The translations under genes and the position numbers were made by a program. Below the pieces are notes generated by a model. It saw nothing but the letters and a program-made list of their open reading frames with translations. It ran no database searches and had not been told where the DNA came from. This document shows positions 48,880 to 52,123 of a DNA stretch of 52,123 nucleotides, piece after piece (within the stretch, counting starts at the first letter, position 1; the number at the start of each line of letters is the position of its first letter). Source of the DNA: Candidatus Hodarchaeota archaeon. GTDB lineage: Archaea > Asgardarchaeota > Heimdallarchaeia > Hodarchaeales > Hodarchaeaceae. The DNA is taken from the NCBI GenBank assembly GCA_016840035.1, contig JAEOTC010000113.1, positions 1-52,123 of the forward strand, given 5' to 3'.

Positions 48880-50495
48880 AGACGAGTAAGATTAAAGAAC
48901 CGTTAGGTGCGATTCCAACACCGAAATCTATAGTAAAGATAATGGTTGATCTTTCTTATGAATTTATCACGCATTTTTTACAGGAAAGTACAACTTCCAA
49001 CAGTATGTACGTACTTGATAACTCAGTAGGGGATGGCCGATTCCTATTTGGAATTGTCGAGAAATGGAACACTATTACTGAAATTAATCGCCGAGGATGT
49101 AAATTAGTTTTACATGGTTTAGATATTAATAAGGATTCAATAACTAAATGTAAAACAGATAGGAACAATTTTTCAGATATAAAGGGCATTGAAATATCAT
49201 TTAAAACTGGAAACGCATTAATTGGATATGTTAAACCAGTAAAGATAAACGAAAAGGAAATTGTCGATGAAAATTTGACTGAATCTTATTTTAACAAAAT
49301 AGATCAGAGTTTGCAAAATCTTAATCTAAAGAAATCTGTGTTTCATTGGTTCTATGAGTGGTCAAAGCCGAACTCCAAGGATGGATATCATATTTGTATA
49401 GGAAATCCTCCCTTTGGAATTAAATTCTCTTCTGAAGAGAAAAATATCTTCAAACGAATGTATCAAGGTGTTGATCCAGAAGTTGAAAGCTACCTATTAT
49501 TCGTTGAACGTTCGATAAGTCTTTTACGAGAAGGAGGATTAATAATCTTTCTTATTCCGAATAATTTTACAACCAACTATCGTTATGAAGAATTTCGAAA
49601 ATTTCTTCTTCAAAACCTCAGTATCAAAAGAATCATTATGTTGGGAAGCAATGTGTTTCCTACTGTTTCAGTTGAAACTTGTATTCTTATTGGTTATAAG
49701 GAACCTCATGCAAAGAAAAGTTCTACTAATTTTATAGAATTTAGTAATTACTCACTAGAGAAAGGCTTCTCTTCTATTCAAATTAGTGACCAAAATTTTA
49801 TTCTGAATCAGGAGTTCAAGTATATTGTTCCAGATATGTCGACTGAAATTTCTGGTATTCTCAAAACTATCGAAGAAAATTCTATACCATTAGCAGATAT
49901 TGCCTCTATCTCTCGTGGGATTGAACTAGGATTTCAATCAGAATTGACAAGTGATGAACCGACTTCTACACAATCGGTGCCCTTGATAGCTGGAAGAAAC
50001 ATCGAAAAATTTCTGATCAAAGGAAAATATCGGTATATTGATTATGATTCAAATCAAAAATCCATTTTTAAAAATAAATCGTTGTATAAACAACCTAAAA
50101 TCTTACTTCGAAGAATTGGTCATGAGTTAATTGCAGCATTGGATCCTAATGAACTTTTTTGTGTTTGTGATGTGTATATTATCACACTTAAACCACAATG
50201 GTCTCATGTTCCACTAAAACATCTAGAAATAATTCTAAATTCCCCCCTTCTTACTTTTTACCTAAATCATAAATTTAAAACAGTTAAAAAGATTTTTCCT
50301 AAAATTCCGATTAGTTATTTAAAACAACTTCCAATTAAATTACCATTTTCACCAAAAGAAGAGAGCTTAATTCAAAATATTAGGAAGGAACTTAAATTCT
50401 TAGAGAAGGAGTCATTTAACTCTTTGAACGAACTAATATTTCGAGTGTATAGAATTACTAAATCTCAAAAAACGATTGTAGAGTCAGCTCAGTAG
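48876..50495 (+). CDS. Gamma-class N6-adenine DNA methyltransferase with TaqI-like C-terminal TRD
   Basis: LGAIPTP, VLDNSVGDGRF, GNAL, FHW, IGNPPFG, VFPTVSVETCI, PKILLRRIG, LNSPL; ATGA overlap with the upstream gene. Confidence 0.87.
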   Translation: MKTSKIKEPLGAIPTPKSIVKIMVDLSYEFITHFLQESTTSNSMYVLDNSVGDGRFLFGIVEKWNTITEINRRGCKLVLHGLDINKDSITKCKTDRNNFSDIKGIEISFKTGNALIGYVKPVKINEKEIVDENLTESYFNKIDQSLQNLNLKKSVFHWFYEWSKPNSKDGYHICIGNPPFGIKFSSEEKNIFKRMYQGVDPEVESYLLFVERSISLLREGGLIIFLIPNNFTTNYRYEEFRKFLLQNLSIKRIIMLGSNVFPTVSVETCILIGYKEPHAKKSSTNFIEFSNYSLEKGFSSIQISDQNFILNQEFKYIVPDMSTEISGILKTIEENSIPLADIASISRGIELGFQSELTSDEPTSTQSVPLIAGRNIEKFLIKGKYRYIDYDSNQKSIFKNKSLYKQPKILLRRIGHELIAALDPNELFCVCDVYIITLKPQWSHVPLKHLEIILNSPLLTFYLNHKFKTVKKIFPKIPISYLKQLPIKLPFSPKEESLIQNIRKELKFLEKESFNSLNELIFRVYRITKSQKTIVESAQ

Positions 50496-50507
50496 AGTTT
50501 TGAGCAA

Positions 50508-51206
50508 TTACCATTCTCGTTTCGGGAGTCCAGAAACCTTAATGCCAGAATCATGTGTTTTATAGCGTCTATTTAGTCCAATTAAAAATGCTGTAAACCT
50601 TTCAACATGTCTTGCTGATAAAGTGCCTCCTGCATCAACTGGTCGGAGATTTTTTATCTTAACAGCTTTTTCTTTGACCTTATTTTTTGCTGCTTTATCC
50701 TTACTGAATATAAAGACATCTTGCTCCAAGACAGGTAATCTATCGATTTCTCGTAACGTTGAATTTGAAAGAGTCTTAAAAGCCCCGACAACAGGCACTT
50801 GTTGAGGAATAGTTTTTCTGAGGAGCTCTGTGGCACTGAGAGCCCTTAAATCATCATGAGATAGAATATCAACCATTTTTCCTTTTGCAAATGGTTTCAA
50901 GGGAACGGTCACATCTACAAGGATCTTTTCCTCTGATAAGTAGGGAATTAGTGGTTCTATAGTTTGAATCATGAAATTAAAAGGTGTAGAGATAAGAACT
51001 ATTTCAGCTTCTTGTATACATTCTTCATTAGTCATGGGTTGAATTAGATCTGTATTCAATCGTGTATTGATTTCACCTGCAATTCTATCCGCTTTCTCCT
51101 GCTGTCTGGAACCCATAATTATAGGTTCCCCTGCAAAACTCCATCGTAATGCTAAACCTTGCCCAAGTGGACCAGTTCCCCCTATTAATCCTATCTTATC
51201 TGTCAT
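50508..51206 (-). CDS. npdG: NADPH-dependent F420 reductase
   Basis: IGLIGGTGPLGQGLALRW, GSR, VDVTVPL, SATE, VVGAFKT, DAG, LIGLNRRYK. Confidence 0.9.
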   Translation of the reverse strand: MTDKIGLIGGTGPLGQGLALRWSFAGEPIIMGSRQQEKADRIAGEINTRLNTDLIQPMTNEECIQEAEIVLISTPFNFMIQTIEPLIPYLSEEKILVDVTVPLKPFAKGKMVDILSHDDLRALSATELLRKTIPQQVPVVGAFKTLSNSTLREIDRLPVLEQDVFIFSKDKAAKNKVKEKAVKIKNLRPVDAGGTLSARHVERFTAFLIGLNRRYKTHDSGIKVSGLPKREW

Positions 51207-51222
51207 ATTACACACTTCGTTT

Positions 51223-52122
51223 TTAGGAGTGGTTAAATTCAGAGAGTTTATCTTCTAACAGTCTTTGATACTTAGTTTGGAGATCATCTGCACGAGTTGC
51301 AGATTCTGCTTCTACTGTAATACGAATTTTTGGTCCAGTATTACTAGCACGGATAAGAACCCAGGATTCGACACCAAAAGAGATTCCAATTCCATCTATG
51401 TCTGTTACATCAGTATGTGACGCTTTTATCTCTTGTAAAAGACTCGAAATTGCTTCGAACTTTATTGCATCTGGTGCTGGGATTGCTACTCGACGTTTAT
51501 GTAAGACTGGTAATGTACCGACGATGTCAGACAATCTTTCTTCTTTTTTAGATAGATACTCGGCCATGATTAAAGGAATAATCATTGCGTCGTCAAATAA
51601 ATAGATGTGGGGAAAAACCATATGACCTGAGCTTTCGATTCCAATCAAAGTATCTGATTTTTCCTGAGCATCTGCCGTAAGAAATGTATGACCCACTTTT
51701 ATCCGATCGACAATGGTTGGTTTTTGTAGCGACTTTTCTAATGCAAGAGAACATTCAACATTTGCCAAAACTCTTGTTTTTTCAGGAAAGAGGGTTTGCA
51801 TATACTTCGCCAGGATTAATCCTGCAATATCTGCAAGTAGAATTTGTCCAGAATTATCGCAAATAACCGCTCTATCACCATCACCGTCGAAACCAACACC
51901 AAAATCTGCTTTTTCACTGATAACTCTTTTAGATAGTTCAGTTAATGTTGTTTCATTCGGTTCAGATGATCTATTTGGAAAAGTGGGGTCAACCTTGCAG
52001 AAAAGAGGAATAACCTCAAGACCAATGGCTTTTAACACTTCTGGTGCAGATAAACAGGAGGATCCATTCCCACAGTCAATAACGACTTTTAACTGTCGTT
52101 TTAATGAGAATTTTTTAGCTAA
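51223..52122 (-). CDS. Phosphomannomutase/phosphoglucomutase family protein (5' end outside the window)
   Basis: Frame open to the window edge: VVIDCGNG, FPNRSSEP, metal loop FDGDGDR, GIESSGH, IRASNTGPKIR. Confidence 0.92.
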   Translation of the reverse strand, partial: LAKKFSLKRQLKVVIDCGNGSSCLSAPEVLKAIGLEVIPLFCKVDPTFPNRSSEPNETTLTELSKRVISEKADFGVGFDGDGDRAVICDNSGQILLADIAGLILAKYMQTLFPEKTRVLANVECSLALEKSLQKPTIVDRIKVGHTFLTADAQEKSDTLIGIESSGHMVFPHIYLFDDAMIIPLIMAEYLSKKEERLSDIVGTLPVLHKRRVAIPAPDAIKFEAISSLLQEIKASHTDVTDIDGIGISFGVESWVLIRASNTGPKIRITVEAESATRADDLQTKYQRLLEDKLSEFNHS

Positions 52123-52123
52123 A

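Noticed and set aside
987-51866. Many 60-150 aa ORFs in the track that overlap longer genes (e.g. 987-1196, 3081-3413, 17694-18143, 19674-20048, 37148-37528, 41189-41425)
   Set aside because: Antisense or off-frame shadows of genes with clear family motifs; they have no motifs of their own
1-52123. CRISPR arrays, tRNA/rRNA genes, IS elements, integrases, selenocysteine read-through
   Set aside because: I saw no regularly spaced repeats, cloverleaf or GC-rich RNA segments, transposase/integrase motifs, or genes interrupted by an in-frame TGA at a catalytic position

Overview
AT-rich, gene-dense archaeal chromosomal window, most consistent with an Asgard (Heimdallarchaeia/Hodarchaeales-like) archaeon. 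The basis is archaeal-type pheST, AMP phosphorylases, F420 enzymes, a roadblock/LC7 protein and several PGF-like C-terminally anchored surface proteins; the taxonomy is inference. Most genes are housekeeping or metabolic. I saw no rRNA, tRNA, CRISPR array, integrase or transposase. The most unusual region is 42.7-50.5 kb. There a bacterial/eukaryotic-type (class II) CCA-adding enzyme has a degenerate HD motif and is fused to a circularly permuted P-loop kinase, with the Walker A motif at the extreme C-terminus. It sits among three TaqI/Eco57I-like adenine DNA methyltransferases with no visible endonuclease, and shares a palindromic divergent promoter region with one of them. Second is a tandem pair of AMP phosphorylase paralogues (17.3-21.0 kb) with complementary active-site substitutions, separated by a structured 680-bp spacer. 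Smaller items are an unannotated 55-aa ORF, operator-like palindromes, a 15-bp repeat bracketing a two-gene cassette, and a methyltransferase-HDAC gene pair. All family calls come from motif reading by eye; no searches were run.
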